A stretch of 64,000 nucleotides of DNA, taken from the NCBI GenBank assembly GCA_028277645.1, contig JANQFV010000015.1, positions 51,298-115,297 on the forward strand, given 5' to 3'. The DNA is from Phycisphaerae bacterium. GTDB lineage: Bacteria; Planctomycetota; Phycisphaerae; UBA1845; Fen-1342. The notes beneath the pieces were generated by a model. That model did no database searches. It was not told where the DNA came from and worked only from the letters and a program-made list of their open reading frames with translations. The translations under genes and the position numbers were made by a program. Below, piece by piece: positions 27,532 to 37,224 of the stretch (position 1 is its first letter; each line of letters starts with the position of its first letter).

Positions 27532-27714
27532 GTCGGGCGGGGACGCCCGACCTACCCGGGGTTACTGACCGACCTGGAGGTCGGTCCCCCAAGATACACA
27601 GACGCAGCGGAGGGCGGCCACGCTCCATTGTCACTCGCTGGCGCTTCGTACTCTGATGGGGGCGCTGTACGGGTTGGCAACCCGTGGAGACATCACACCG
27701 GTTGGAAACCGGTG
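27532..27714. repeat. cluster of four GC-rich short hairpins (REP-like)
   Basis: GTCGGGCG-GGGA-CGCCCGAC (27532-27551). GACCGACC-TGGA-GGTCGGTC (27567-27586). CGGGTT-GGC-AACCCG (27670-27684). CACCGGTT-GGA-AACCGGTG (27696-27714). Related CCGACC-NGGA-GGTCGG hairpins occur at 53501-53520 and 60543-60560. Confidence 0.6.
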
Positions 27715-27760
27715 CCACAGTCTGGGATTTGTGTCCCCATGTCCCTCGCCAGCCCCCGCT

Positions 27761-27789
27761 TTGCACCGCCCTGGACCGCCCGCTATACT
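27761..27789 (+). promoter_or_regulatory. sigma-70-type promoter of the EF-G gene
   Basis: TTGCAC-N17-TATACT lies ~55 nt upstream of the ATG. GGAGG SD at 27834-27838. Confidence 0.5.
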
Positions 27790-27843
27790 GCGGAACTTCG
27801 CATTTTGGACGGATAACAGCCCTTTCAGTGGACGGAGGCCCCT

Positions 27844-29889
27844 ATGGGCGCACACGCTATCGAACAGATCCGCAACATCGCTCTCGTTGGTCACGCCGCG
27901 GCGGGGAAGACGACGCTCGGTGAGGCGCTGCTGTTCAAGGCGGGGCTGACGACCCGGCTGGGGAGCGTGGACGACGGGACGAGTGCCCTGGACGCCGACG
28001 AAGAGGCCAAGGAGCGTAAGCACTCGGTTGATTCGGCCGCCTTCCACCTCGAACACGACGGCCACCTGCTCAACATCGTTGATACCCCCGGGATGCCGGA
28101 CTACAGCGGGCAGGCCCTGGCGACCATCGCCGGCGTTGAGACCGCCGCGGTCGTGATCTCGGCCATGGGCGGTATCGGCGTCAACACGCGGCGCATGTTC
28201 AACGCCGCCGGGGAATATGGCCTGGCCCGGATGATCATCGTCACGCGGATTGACGGCGATAACGTCAACCTCGCCGACGTGATGAGCGGCATCAAGGAGA
28301 CGTTCGGCAACGAGTGTCATCCGATCAACCTGCCCAGCGGCGGGGCCAAGAGCGTGGTTGACTGCCTGGCCAAGGCCGGCGGCGAGACCGACGTGCTCGA
28401 TGTCGCTGAGTGTCATACGGCGCTGGTCGATGCGATCGTCGAGACCGACGAGGCGCTGATGGAGCAGTTCATGGAGACCGGCGAGGTGCCCGAGGACAAG
28501 CTCGGGCCGGCGATCGGCTCCGCCGTCGCGTCCGGTCACGTGATCCCGGTGCTGTTTGTCAGCTCGCGCGGCGACGTAGGTATCAAGGAGCTGCTCGACG
28601 CGTTCGTGAAGTACGCCCCGTCGCCGACCATCGGCCGCAAGCGCATGCTGCTGTCCGGCGAGGGCGACGACGCGAAGGAAATGCCGATCGAGCCGAGCGT
28701 CGACGGCGATTTCATTGCCCAGGTGTTCAAGATTACCTCGGACCCGAAGAGCAACATCAAGTACTCGGTGGCTCGCGTACACAGCGGCAAGCTGACCGCC
28801 GACGGACAGGTCTACACGACCGGCGAGCGCAAGGGGCAGCGCCCCGGTCACCTGCTGAAGCTGCACGGCTCGGAGCACGCCGAGATCGAAGTCGGCCAAG
28901 CCGGCGACGTCGTGGCGTTCGCGAAGCTCGACTTCAAGATCGGCGACGTGCTGTTCGACAAGTCCAGCGAAGGCCGCATCCCGCTGCCGAAGATTCCGAC
29001 GCCGATGTATGCCTTGGCGATCGAGCCGAAGGCGCGGGGCGACGTGGAGAAGATCGGGGCGGCGTTGCAGCGTTTCGCAGAAGAAGACCCCTGCTTCGAG
29101 TATCACCGCGATCAGGAAACGCACGAGCTGGTGATGAACGGTCTGGGTGATCAGCACCTGACCGTTGTTCGCAGCAAGATGAAGCGGAACTTCAAGGTCG
29201 AGGTCGACACCAAGCCACCGAAGATCCCGTATCACGAGACGATCTCCAGCTCGGTGAAGTACGTCGAGTACACGCACAAGAAACAGACCGGCGGTGCCGG
29301 GCAGTTCGGCCGTGTGTTCATCGACATGGAGCCGAACGAGCGTGGCGCGGGCTATGAGTTCGTCGACAAGATCTTCGGTGGCGTGATCGATCAGGCGTTC
29401 CGTCCGTCGGTCGACAAGGGTGTCCGCGATCAGATGAGAAAGGGCGTTATCGCCGGCTATCCGGTGGTCGACGTGAAGGTGTCGCTGGTCGACGGCAAAA
29501 CGCACCCGGTTGACTCGAAGGACATCGCGTTCCAGATCGCGGGTCGGCAGGTGTTCAAGAAGGCGTTTGCCCAGTGCAAGCCGATCCTGCTCGAGCCGGT
29601 CGTGAACATGGAGATCACCGTGCCGACCGACTTCATGGGTGACATCACACGCGACGTGGCCGGCAAGCGTGGCACGATTCAAGGTCAGGATGTGCTGCCG
29701 GGTAACCAGGTCGTGATTCGGGCGCAGGTGCCGCTGGCCGAGGTCGCCGGCTACGCGTCGCAGCTCAAGAGTGTTACCGGCGGACAGGGCAGCTACATGA
29801 TGGAGTTCAGCCACTATGACGTGGTGCCGCCGAACGTCCAGCAACAGATCGTCGCGCAGTACAAGGCGGCGGACGACGAAGACGAATAG
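27844..29889 (+). CDS. fusA: elongation factor G (standalone copy, not in an rpsL-rpsG-fusA-tuf context)
   Basis: G1 VGHAAAGKTTL, G3 DTPG, and typical EF-G domains II-V (e.g. HKKQTGGAGQFG, VLLEPV). 681 aa. The 811-aa antisense ORF 27631..30066 is an artefact. Confidence 0.9.
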   Translation: MGAHAIEQIRNIALVGHAAAGKTTLGEALLFKAGLTTRLGSVDDGTSALDADEEAKERKHSVDSAAFHLEHDGHLLNIVDTPGMPDYSGQALATIAGVETAAVVISAMGGIGVNTRRMFNAAGEYGLARMIIVTRIDGDNVNLADVMSGIKETFGNECHPINLPSGGAKSVVDCLAKAGGETDVLDVAECHTALVDAIVETDEALMEQFMETGEVPEDKLGPAIGSAVASGHVIPVLFVSSRGDVGIKELLDAFVKYAPSPTIGRKRMLLSGEGDDAKEMPIEPSVDGDFIAQVFKITSDPKSNIKYSVARVHSGKLTADGQVYTTGERKGQRPGHLLKLHGSEHAEIEVGQAGDVVAFAKLDFKIGDVLFDKSSEGRIPLPKIPTPMYALAIEPKARGDVEKIGAALQRFAEEDPCFEYHRDQETHELVMNGLGDQHLTVVRSKMKRNFKVEVDTKPPKIPYHETISSSVKYVEYTHKKQTGGAGQFGRVFIDMEPNERGAGYEFVDKIFGGVIDQAFRPSVDKGVRDQMRKGVIAGYPVVDVKVSLVDGKTHPVDSKDIAFQIAGRQVFKKAFAQCKPILLEPVVNMEITVPTDFMGDITRDVAGKRGTIQGQDVLPGNQVVIRAQVPLAEVAGYASQLKSVTGGQGSYMMEFSHYDVVPPNVQQQIVAQYKAADDEDE

Positions 29890-29905
29890 AGGCTGTCCCA
29901 TAACC

Positions 29906-29926
29906 CCCCTCCCTGGCAGGGAGGGG
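29906..29926 (+). terminator. GC-rich hairpin downstream of EF-G (possible terminator; no U-tract)
   Basis: CCCCTCCCT-GGC-AGGGAGGGG lies 17 nt after the stop. A second hairpin GCTCCCTGC-ACG-GCAGGGAGC at 30035-30055 directly precedes tRNA-Glu. Confidence 0.35.
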
Positions 29927-30058
29927 CTGGGGAGGGTCGAAGCCGCCGGTTGGCATGCCTCGCCGAACGTTCCGAGCCGGCGGGTCACTCCGCGCGGCGA
30001 TTGACGTTCCGTAAGTCGCGGACTAGGATTCCCCGCTCCCTGCACGGCAGGGAGCTCA

Positions 30059-30131
30059 GCCCCCATCGTCTAGAGGCCTAGGACACCGGCTTTTCACGCC
30101 GGCGACAGGAGTTCGAATCTCCTTGGGGGCG
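30059..30131 (+). tRNA. tRNA-Glu (anticodon TTC)
   Basis: Acceptor GCCCCCA/TGGGGGC. Anticodon stem CCGGC/GCCGG with loop TTTTCAC. T arm AGGAG-TTCGAAT-CTCCT. Discriminator G. No encoded CCA. Confidence 0.9.
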
Positions 30132-30243
30132 TCCTGTGCGCTGCTCGCGGCGCGACTGTGGTGCTGGATACCGCTGCGGGACACTCGTAGCATCTGCGTG
30201 AAGCGACTACAGGTCACGCGGCGCGAGAGGTGAGGAACAGCTT

Positions 30244-31044
30244 ATGGCGGCATGGGAACTGGGGGCGACGAATCTCCATCAATTCACCCAGCATGTGTAC
30301 GAGGTCGCCGTATTGCCGGTCGGCGCGACCGAGGCGCATAACCGGCATCTGCCCGAGGGGCAGGACTATCTGCTCGCGGGCTACGTGGCGCGGCGTTGTT
30401 GTGCCGCCGCGTGGGAGCAGTGCCGCGCCGTGCTGTGCCTGCCGCCGATACCGTTTGGCGTCGACTGCAACCTGATGGCGTTTCCGTTCACCGTACACAT
30501 CTCACAGGCGACGTTGTACGCGTTGCTGCGCGACGTTGTCACGTCGCTGCGTACGCACGGCATCCGCAAGTTCGTGCTGATCAACGGGCACGGCGGGAAT
30601 GAACTCACTCCGTTCATCCGCGAGATTCAGAGCAGCAGCGACGTCCACGTGTTCGCGAGCAACTGGTGGAGCGTTGGTCACGATCAGTACGACGAGATCT
30701 TCGAGCATCCCGACGATCACGCCGGCGAGCTGGAGACGTCGGTCGCACTGGCGATGCACCCGGAGCTGGTGGAGCTGGACGTCGCGGGCGACGGTGCGGC
30801 CAGCCCGTTTCGGTTCGAAGCGCTCCGCCGCGGGTGGGTCAGCACGAGCCGCGACTTCGCGCGGGTGAACGACCACTGTGGCGTAGGCGACCCACGCCGC
30901 GCGACGGCGGAGAAGGGCAAGCGTTATCTCGATCTCGTGTGCTCGCGGCTGACGGCATTTCTGGTCGAGCTGGCCAACACGCCGATTGACGATCGATTCC
31001 CGCATTCAACCGGCCACCCTCCGTCTCACGACAGCACACCCTGA
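30244..31044 (+). CDS. creatininase-family amidohydrolase
   Basis: LPVGATEAHNRHLPEGQD and LINGHGGN motifs are characteristic of the creatininase/MftE-like family. Metal-binding HAGELETS. Confidence 0.75.
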   Translation: MAAWELGATNLHQFTQHVYEVAVLPVGATEAHNRHLPEGQDYLLAGYVARRCCAAAWEQCRAVLCLPPIPFGVDCNLMAFPFTVHISQATLYALLRDVVTSLRTHGIRKFVLINGHGGNELTPFIREIQSSSDVHVFASNWWSVGHDQYDEIFEHPDDHAGELETSVALAMHPELVELDVAGDGAASPFRFEALRRGWVSTSRDFARVNDHCGVGDPRRATAEKGKRYLDLVCSRLTAFLVELANTPIDDRFPHSTGHPPSHDSTP

Positions 31045-31129
31045 TTCCACTCAGGCGGCACAAAAAAACGCGCCGGCGTTGTGTAGATCTACACAACGCC
31101 GGCATCCGTTGTCCCCACTTCCCTCTGAG

Positions 31130-33727
31130 CTACCCGCCGACGAGCAGGGCTACGAAGGGGTTGATGTCTTCGAAGCCGAATTCGTCGTTGCCGCTGAGAT
31201 CGCCGTTGAGCGGATCGCAGCCGGGATACGTCGTGGCATAGAGGGCCGGATCGGTGAGCGCCATCACAAACGGGTTGATGTCGTCGAACCCGACCACACA
31301 GTTGCAGTTCATGTCACCCAGTTCATAACCGCAACCGACGTTCCACGCACCGATCAGGTCACACTCCGGATTCGGATCCGAGAATGCCGCACACGGCGAA
31401 TCACAATCCAGCGTGAAATCGTCCGCCGGCGCGTCGCAGAAGAGAGGATCGAGCGCGATGTTGCCGTTGAACCACAGTTGCGGTCCGGCTGTTCCGGGGC
31501 CGTCGGCGTTGCCGTAGACATCGCAGCACGTGAGTGTCACGGTGCCGAGCATGGCCTCGCCGTCCGTGCCGAACGCCACGATAGTGTGGTCGAGCGTGCC
31601 GCCGCCCTGGATGCCGCCGGCAACCGGCGCTGCGTTCCCGTAGAACGTGCAATTCTCGTAGTTGGCGCCGCCGTACACGCCGCCGCCTTCGGTCGTGGCG
31701 CTGTTGTTGGCGAACGTACACCACTCGAACGTTATGCCGCCGACCCACAGCGAGATACCCGCACCGGCACCCCAGGCGGGATTGCTGGCGGTGTTCTCGC
31801 CGAACCAGCAGTTGGTGAACGTAGAGCCGCCGGCGTCGATCATGCAGGTCACGCCGCCGCCGTGGGCGCGCGTGTCGTTGTAAACGAACGTGGTGTCGTC
31901 GACATCGACCTGCGAGAAGGCCGCCAGACCGCCGCCGTCGTCCTGCGACGTGTTGTTTTCGAAGCGGCAGTTATCGATGGTCGCGGTACCGGTAGTGACG
32001 CCGCTGCCGTAGATCATGCCGCCGCCGATGCCGGTCGAACCGCAATGGCTGAAGGTAGTATCGGTGACGGTTGCGACACCACCCTTCGCATAGAGTCCGC
32101 CGCCTTCATAGTCGGTCACGCAGAACGAGAAGGTGCAGCCGTTGACGGTAACTGCGGCATCAGTGGCCAACACGCCGCCGCCGCCCGGCCACGTGTCCGC
32201 ATGGCCGTGCATGATCGTGATGTCTTCCAGTACGGGTGTGATGGGCGCCTCGTTGGGGTCGCCCTCCATAATGAAGGCCCGGCGCGGGGCTACGTCGGAA
32301 CCCTCGCAGTCGATCACACACGCGGTGGCGTCGCCGCTCTGCGAACGGATCGTCAGGCTCTTGCCATCCAGGTCAACGTCCCGATTGCCCGGTCCCGTGT
32401 ACGTTGCGTCGCACAGTTCGATCGTGTCGCCATCCAGGGCCGAATCGACGGCCGGCTGAATCGTCGTGTAGTCCCCACTGCCGTCGGGGCAGACCAGGAA
32501 TGTCATCGGCCCCAAACAGCCAACGCTCTCGGCGCCGACGAGTTGTCCACACAGGCTGCCGGTTGGCGTGCAGGGTGAAACGTCCCGGAGTGTTAGATCG
32601 TACTGTCCCGGATGACAGAACACCGGGTCGGCGGCGAAGTTGGTACCCGAGCCGACCTGGCCCGCCACGCAGCCGGGGCCGCCGTAGTTACCGTAGATGT
32701 CGCAGCAGTTGATGGTGACCTGTCCGGACTGGTAGCAGTAGGCGGCGTCGCTGGTCACGCTGAACGCGATGATGCTGCGGTAGAGGCGGGCGTGGGCGAA
32801 GCTGACGGCCGCCACGCCGCCGCCGGCCAGCGCGGCCTGGTTCGCGTAGAACGTGCAGTTATAGCAGTCGGGCGCGCAGAGTGAGCCGTAGCAGTAGAGC
32901 CCGCCACCCTGCGCTGAGGCCTGGTTGCCCGCGAACACGCAGTAATGCAGGTCGGGTGAGGCCGAATTGCAGCAGACGCCGCCGCCATTACTGCCGCTGT
33001 TGTCGTAGAAGTCGCACATGGTGAGCACGGGGGAGGAGGATTCGAGATAGATGGCTCCGCCCGGACCGATGCCGCTGACGACGTTGTTCTCGAAGACACA
33101 GCCCATGAGTTCGGGCGACGAATCGAGGCAGTACAGTCCGGCGCCCTGCATGCCGCTGAAGCCGACGGTGCCGTTGTCCTCGAAACGCACGTTCTCGAGC
33201 TGAGGGCTGGAGTTGTCGGTACAGCTCATCCCACCGCCTTTGTTCGCGCTGCAATTGCGGATGATGCAATTTGTGATGTAGGGCGATCCGGAGTACGGCC
33301 CGAACGGCGGAAAGCCGGGAGCACCGCAGCGGATGCCACCGCCTACGCCGGTGGTGCCGCCGGCGGAACCGTTCAGGATTGTGACGCCGTGCAGCTCGGC
33401 GAAGCGGGTCTCGTCGTTGACGAACTGGAAGCCGCGGCCGCCCTGGCAACTGATGATCACGTCGTTCGGATCCCAGGTTTCGCCGCGGACGATGATGGAC
33501 TTGCCGTTGTAGCTGATGTCGTAGTTACCAGTACCGGTATAGGTACCCGGGTGCAGGATGACGGTGTCACCTGCTACGGCGGCGTCCACGGCCGATTGGA
33601 TGGTGGGGTAGGTTCCGCTGCCGTCCGCGTAGACGTGCAGCGTGTTGGCCGCCTGTGTGGCGGTGCCGAATGTCGCGAGCAGGACGATGCTCGCCGCGAA
33701 GCCGCTGTTGAGTCGAGTCGTGTACAT
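31130..33727 (-). CDS. large secreted parallel beta-helix protein (Pmp-like GGx/FxxN repeats) with two C-terminal dockerin-like repeats
   Basis: Signal peptide (ASIVLLATFGTATQA). More than 15 repeats of the GGG(I/L/V)..C...(F/V)..N type (e.g. GGGLYC, FENN, FYAN, FANN). The C-terminus carries GDMNCNCVVGFDDINPFVMAL and GDLSGNDEFGFEDINPFVALL. The antisense ORF 30986..32578 is rejected. Confidence 0.8.
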   Translation of the reverse strand: MYTTRLNSGFAASIVLLATFGTATQAANTLHVYADGSGTYPTIQSAVDAAVAGDTVILHPGTYTGTGNYDISYNGKSIIVRGETWDPNDVIISCQGGRGFQFVNDETRFAELHGVTILNGSAGGTTGVGGGIRCGAPGFPPFGPYSGSPYITNCIIRNCSANKGGGMSCTDNSSPQLENVRFEDNGTVGFSGMQGAGLYCLDSSPELMGCVFENNVVSGIGPGGAIYLESSSPVLTMCDFYDNSGSNGGGVCCNSASPDLHYCVFAGNQASAQGGGLYCYGSLCAPDCYNCTFYANQAALAGGGVAAVSFAHARLYRSIIAFSVTSDAAYCYQSGQVTINCCDIYGNYGGPGCVAGQVGSGTNFAADPVFCHPGQYDLTLRDVSPCTPTGSLCGQLVGAESVGCLGPMTFLVCPDGSGDYTTIQPAVDSALDGDTIELCDATYTGPGNRDVDLDGKSLTIRSQSGDATACVIDCEGSDVAPRRAFIMEGDPNEAPITPVLEDITIMHGHADTWPGGGGVLATDAAVTVNGCTFSFCVTDYEGGGLYAKGGVATVTDTTFSHCGSTGIGGGMIYGSGVTTGTATIDNCRFENNTSQDDGGGLAAFSQVDVDDTTFVYNDTRAHGGGVTCMIDAGGSTFTNCWFGENTASNPAWGAGAGISLWVGGITFEWCTFANNSATTEGGGVYGGANYENCTFYGNAAPVAGGIQGGGTLDHTIVAFGTDGEAMLGTVTLTCCDVYGNADGPGTAGPQLWFNGNIALDPLFCDAPADDFTLDCDSPCAAFSDPNPECDLIGAWNVGCGYELGDMNCNCVVGFDDINPFVMALTDPALYATTYPGCDPLNGDLSGNDEFGFEDINPFVALLVGG

Positions 33728-33843
33728 GGCCAGCCTCCTTTGCCGTTAGCCGGCGATTGAGGAAATCGTGTTTCACCAGGGCTGGAAACGACAAGGAGGG
33801 CCAGCGACGACGGAGATTCTGAGGAAAATGTGATTTTGTGGGG

Positions 33844-36312
33844 TTATCGGCCGTCCGGCGCACGCGGCGCGCGTCGGAGGCTACCGAGCCGCCAGGTGGC
33901 GAGCTCGTACTCGTTCATCAGCACTAGGTCGGCGGTGTCCGTGTCGAAGATCACGTCGGTGTCGATGCACCGTTCGAACCAGTCGCGCGCCTGCGACGAA
34001 TCACCGGCCAGTCGGGCCATCTCGCCAGCGTAGTAGAAGGCCTCGCAGAGTTGCTCGGGGTGGCCGCTCTTCCGTGCGGCATCGACCAGCGATTCGGGCG
34101 TGATCTGGCAGACCAACGTTCGGAGGATCTGACCGAGCCAGGGATCCTCTACCTCGGTCAGCGCGCGCGCCAGCAGCTCATTCGCCTCATCCGATCGTCC
34201 GGCGTCGCGCAGGATCAGGTAGGACCGCGCGTCGCCGTAGAACGGACGCCCGAGCACGACGCGCACTTGCTGGTAGTCGTCCAGCGCTTCGTCGATACGT
34301 CCGAGGATCCAGAGGGGCGTCGCGCGCTGATATCGATGCCAGATCGAGACGCGCGGATTGCCTTCCGGGATCAGGCGATCGTAATCAGCCAGCGCGTTTT
34401 CGTAGCGCCCCAGGCGGCGATACGCCAACGCGCGGTAGGGATATACCGCTTCTGCCTGTCCCTCCAGTGCGAGCGCTTGTGTGTATACCTCGATCGCGGT
34501 GACGTACCGTCCGCTGCGCACCAGCGTGTGCCCCTTCAGGATTTGCCAGTCCTGCCGCTCGGGATCGAGCTTGATCAAAGTTTCGAGTGCCGCCAGCGCA
34601 TCAGCGTACGAACGCCGCGCGATCTGGAGATATGTCAAGCGCAGCCAGCCGAGTTTGTACGTCTCGTCTCGCTCTACGGCTGCTCGCGCGAAACGGATCG
34701 CGGTGTCGCGGTCCAGTGTTGCGAGTGACCGGGTGTACCAGCCGTCCGCCGTGTCGGGCATCTGCTCGGCGGTTTCGGCCGCTAGTGTGTCCGCGCGGTC
34801 TGTGTCACCGCCGCTGCGATACAGCTCGCTAAGCAAAGCGCGTGTGGCCCAGAGATCGGGATGATTGGGCGAAACGCGTTCGAGCTGGACGATCGCCTGC
34901 TCGACGTCGCGGCCGGCGTAGTCGCACTGCGCTCGTACGAGCAATGCATCGATCAGGCGGGGAAAACGCGTCGCCAGCGCTTGCACCTGGGTGCGCGTGG
35001 CCTGCACGGCACCGTAGTCCAAGCCGCGCGCAATGCGCACCAGATCCAGTCGAGCGCGTTGGGTCGCGGCGGCTTGCGCCACGGCACGCTGCTGTGAATC
35101 CCACCAAATCCCGGCGGAAACAACTGCTGCGACGGAAGCGAGAATCGCAATGCCGGACACGATTCGACGGCGATGTTTGGCCAGTTTCTTGCGAACGACG
35201 TAGAGGCTGCTGCTGCGCTTGGCCTGGATCGGGTCGCCGTTGAGATAGCGCGTCAGGTCGGCGGCCAATTCCTCCGCGGAGACGTACCGGCGGTCCCGTT
35301 CCTTTTCGAGCGCCTTGAGGATGATCGTCTCAAGCTCGTTGTCGACTTGTGGCGCGATCTTCGTCGGCAGCGTGGGCGGAGACTCGAGAATACGCTCAAT
35401 CACCTGTGAGGGGCGCCCATTGGCGTCGATCGGTAAATGACCGGTCAGCGCCTCGTACAGCATCACGCCCAGCGAGTAAACGTCGGTGCGAGCGTCAATC
35501 TCGTCGGGCCGGCCAGCGGCCTGTTCGGGCGCGAGGTAGCCGAGCGTGCCCATGACCTGCCCGGGACTCGACAAGGCCTCGGAGGGGCCCGATGCGCTAT
35601 CCGTCGGGCTCAGTGACTTGGCCAAGCCGAAATCGAGGATGTGCGGCGCCCCCTGCTCGTCGATCAACACGTTTGCCGGCTTCAGGTCGCGGTGGACGAC
35701 GCCGCAACCGTGCGCGTAGTGAACGGCGTCGCACAAGGCCACGAAGAGCTCCAGCACACGTCGAACGTCCTGTGCAGCGCCGCGGCAGTGCGCGTCCAGA
35801 CGCTCGCCCGCCACATGGCTCATCGTGTAGTACGGTTGTCCGGCGACGACGCCACTTTCGAGGATGCGCACGATGCCTGGGTGATCCAGCCGCGCGGCCA
35901 GCTTGACCTCGCGTTCAAAGCGGTGTCGTCCGGCTGGCGATACAAACGGCCCACCCAGCATCACCTTCACCGCGACTGTTCGCCGCGTCGTGATTTGCAG
36001 GGCCTCATAGACCACGCCCATTCCACCGCGACCGATTTCACGCCGCAGGTCGTACCCAGCAATGGCGGGTATGTCGTTCGAACGTGGAGAGAGTGGCTCG
36101 TCGTCCAACTCGCCAACCACCGAGCGCGCCTGATCGATCAGCGAGAGCCCCTCGAGATATGGGCGCAGATCGTTCGCCAGTTCGGGGTGCTCGGCTGCAA
36201 ATGCCTCCGGCGTCAGGTCTTCGCCGGCCTGTCGCCGGTCGAAGTACTCATTCACCAACTCGGCGATCGACCGGTCGTTGCGTGAATCAGGCTCACCCGC
36301 GGCGGTGTTCAT
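33844..36312 (-). CDS. Ser/Thr protein kinase with TM helix and C-terminal TPR domain
   Basis: GRGGMGVVYEA, VAVKVM, HRDLKPANVLID, DFGLAK, APEQ. TM IVSGIAILASVAAVVSAGIWW. TPR-like repeats follow. Start uncertain: ATG 36312 chosen, ORF track start 36369. Confidence 0.85.
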   Translation of the reverse strand: MNTAAGEPDSRNDRSIAELVNEYFDRRQAGEDLTPEAFAAEHPELANDLRPYLEGLSLIDQARSVVGELDDEPLSPRSNDIPAIAGYDLRREIGRGGMGVVYEALQITTRRTVAVKVMLGGPFVSPAGRHRFEREVKLAARLDHPGIVRILESGVVAGQPYYTMSHVAGERLDAHCRGAAQDVRRVLELFVALCDAVHYAHGCGVVHRDLKPANVLIDEQGAPHILDFGLAKSLSPTDSASGPSEALSSPGQVMGTLGYLAPEQAAGRPDEIDARTDVYSLGVMLYEALTGHLPIDANGRPSQVIERILESPPTLPTKIAPQVDNELETIILKALEKERDRRYVSAEELAADLTRYLNGDPIQAKRSSSLYVVRKKLAKHRRRIVSGIAILASVAAVVSAGIWWDSQQRAVAQAAATQRARLDLVRIARGLDYGAVQATRTQVQALATRFPRLIDALLVRAQCDYAGRDVEQAIVQLERVSPNHPDLWATRALLSELYRSGGDTDRADTLAAETAEQMPDTADGWYTRSLATLDRDTAIRFARAAVERDETYKLGWLRLTYLQIARRSYADALAALETLIKLDPERQDWQILKGHTLVRSGRYVTAIEVYTQALALEGQAEAVYPYRALAYRRLGRYENALADYDRLIPEGNPRVSIWHRYQRATPLWILGRIDEALDDYQQVRVVLGRPFYGDARSYLILRDAGRSDEANELLARALTEVEDPWLGQILRTLVCQITPESLVDAARKSGHPEQLCEAFYYAGEMARLAGDSSQARDWFERCIDTDVIFDTDTADLVLMNEYELATWRLGSLRRAPRAPDGR

Positions 36313-36496
36313 CAGCGTTTCAACCCGGCCCCACCGACTCCTGCAATTTTGCAAGACGTGCGCATCCATCGTATCTCACAGCGGTGCGCGCGACAATCCA
36401 CTTCGCCGGTTATCGGTGCCCGCGGTAGAATGTCATTCGCGCGCCGCGTACCGTTGACAGGCGGCGCTGCTCAACGAGTGAGCGCAGATCAGCCTC

Positions 36497-37123
36497 ATGT
36501 CCGAAAACGAGCATGCCGTTGCCTGGATTCGAGCCGCACAAGCGGGCGATCGGCTGGCGCTCGCGAAGCTGCTGGCGCTGCACCACCCACGGCTGGCGGC
36601 GCGCATCGCCAGTCGACTTGATCCAGGGTTAAAGGGACGCACGAGCCCGGAGGATGTGTTGCAGGAGGTGTACCTGCAGGTTTTTCGCGGGATCTTCGAT
36701 TTCGAGGAGCGCGGGCCGGATTCCTTCGTCAACTGGGTGTTGACGATCATCGATCGCAAGCTCATTGATCTTCACCGCGCGGCGCACCGGCGCAAGCGAG
36801 ACGTGGGACGCGAGAAGCAACAGGTTGTTGAGCGTGACGACTCGTTTGTGGACCTGCTCGACTGCGTCTACCGCGACACTGCCACGCCAAGCCGTGTGGT
36901 GCGCTACGACGAGGCGGTGGGGGCGTTGCTGGTCTGTCTTGGGGCGCTGCCCGAATCGCAGCAACAGGTCATCGAATGGCGGTTCCTGCGCGGTTTGCCG
37001 ATAGTGGAAGTCGCGCGGCGGCTCGATCGTAGTGAGGGTGCTGTGGTCGCGCTTACACAGCGAGCGCTACGAAGCCTGCGCGAACAAATGGACCAGCGCG
37101 GAGATTTCACGCGCGGTCGCTAG
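36497..37123 (+). CDS. ECF-type RNA polymerase sigma-70 factor (divergent from the kinase gene)
   Basis: AWIRAAQAGDRLALAKLL..., PEDVLQEVYLQVF (region 2), and region-4 HTH LPIVEVARRLDRSEGAVVALTQRALRSLR. Confidence 0.85.
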   Translation: MSENEHAVAWIRAAQAGDRLALAKLLALHHPRLAARIASRLDPGLKGRTSPEDVLQEVYLQVFRGIFDFEERGPDSFVNWVLTIIDRKLIDLHRAAHRRKRDVGREKQQVVERDDSFVDLLDCVYRDTATPSRVVRYDEAVGALLVCLGALPESQQQVIEWRFLRGLPIVEVARRLDRSEGAVVALTQRALRSLREQMDQRGDFTRGR

Positions 37124-37224
37124 TGGGCCAAGGTGGCCTCATTGGCCTCACGACGATGCGGCGTGTTCGTGTTCGGCCGGTTCGGCTGGTTCTGTCGCAT
37201 TGCTCGCCTCAGCCGCCTCTGGCT

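Noticed and set aside
27631-30066. 811-aa ORF on the minus strand
   Set aside because: It is entirely antisense to the EF-G gene, which has clear GTPase and EF-G motifs. It has no motifs of its own and is Arg/Leu/His-rich, as expected for an antisense frame in high-GC DNA.
30986-32578. 530-aa ORF on the plus strand
   Set aside because: It is antisense to the Pmp-like beta-helix gene, which has a signal peptide, regular repeats and dockerin-like tails. The composition is typical of a shadow ORF.
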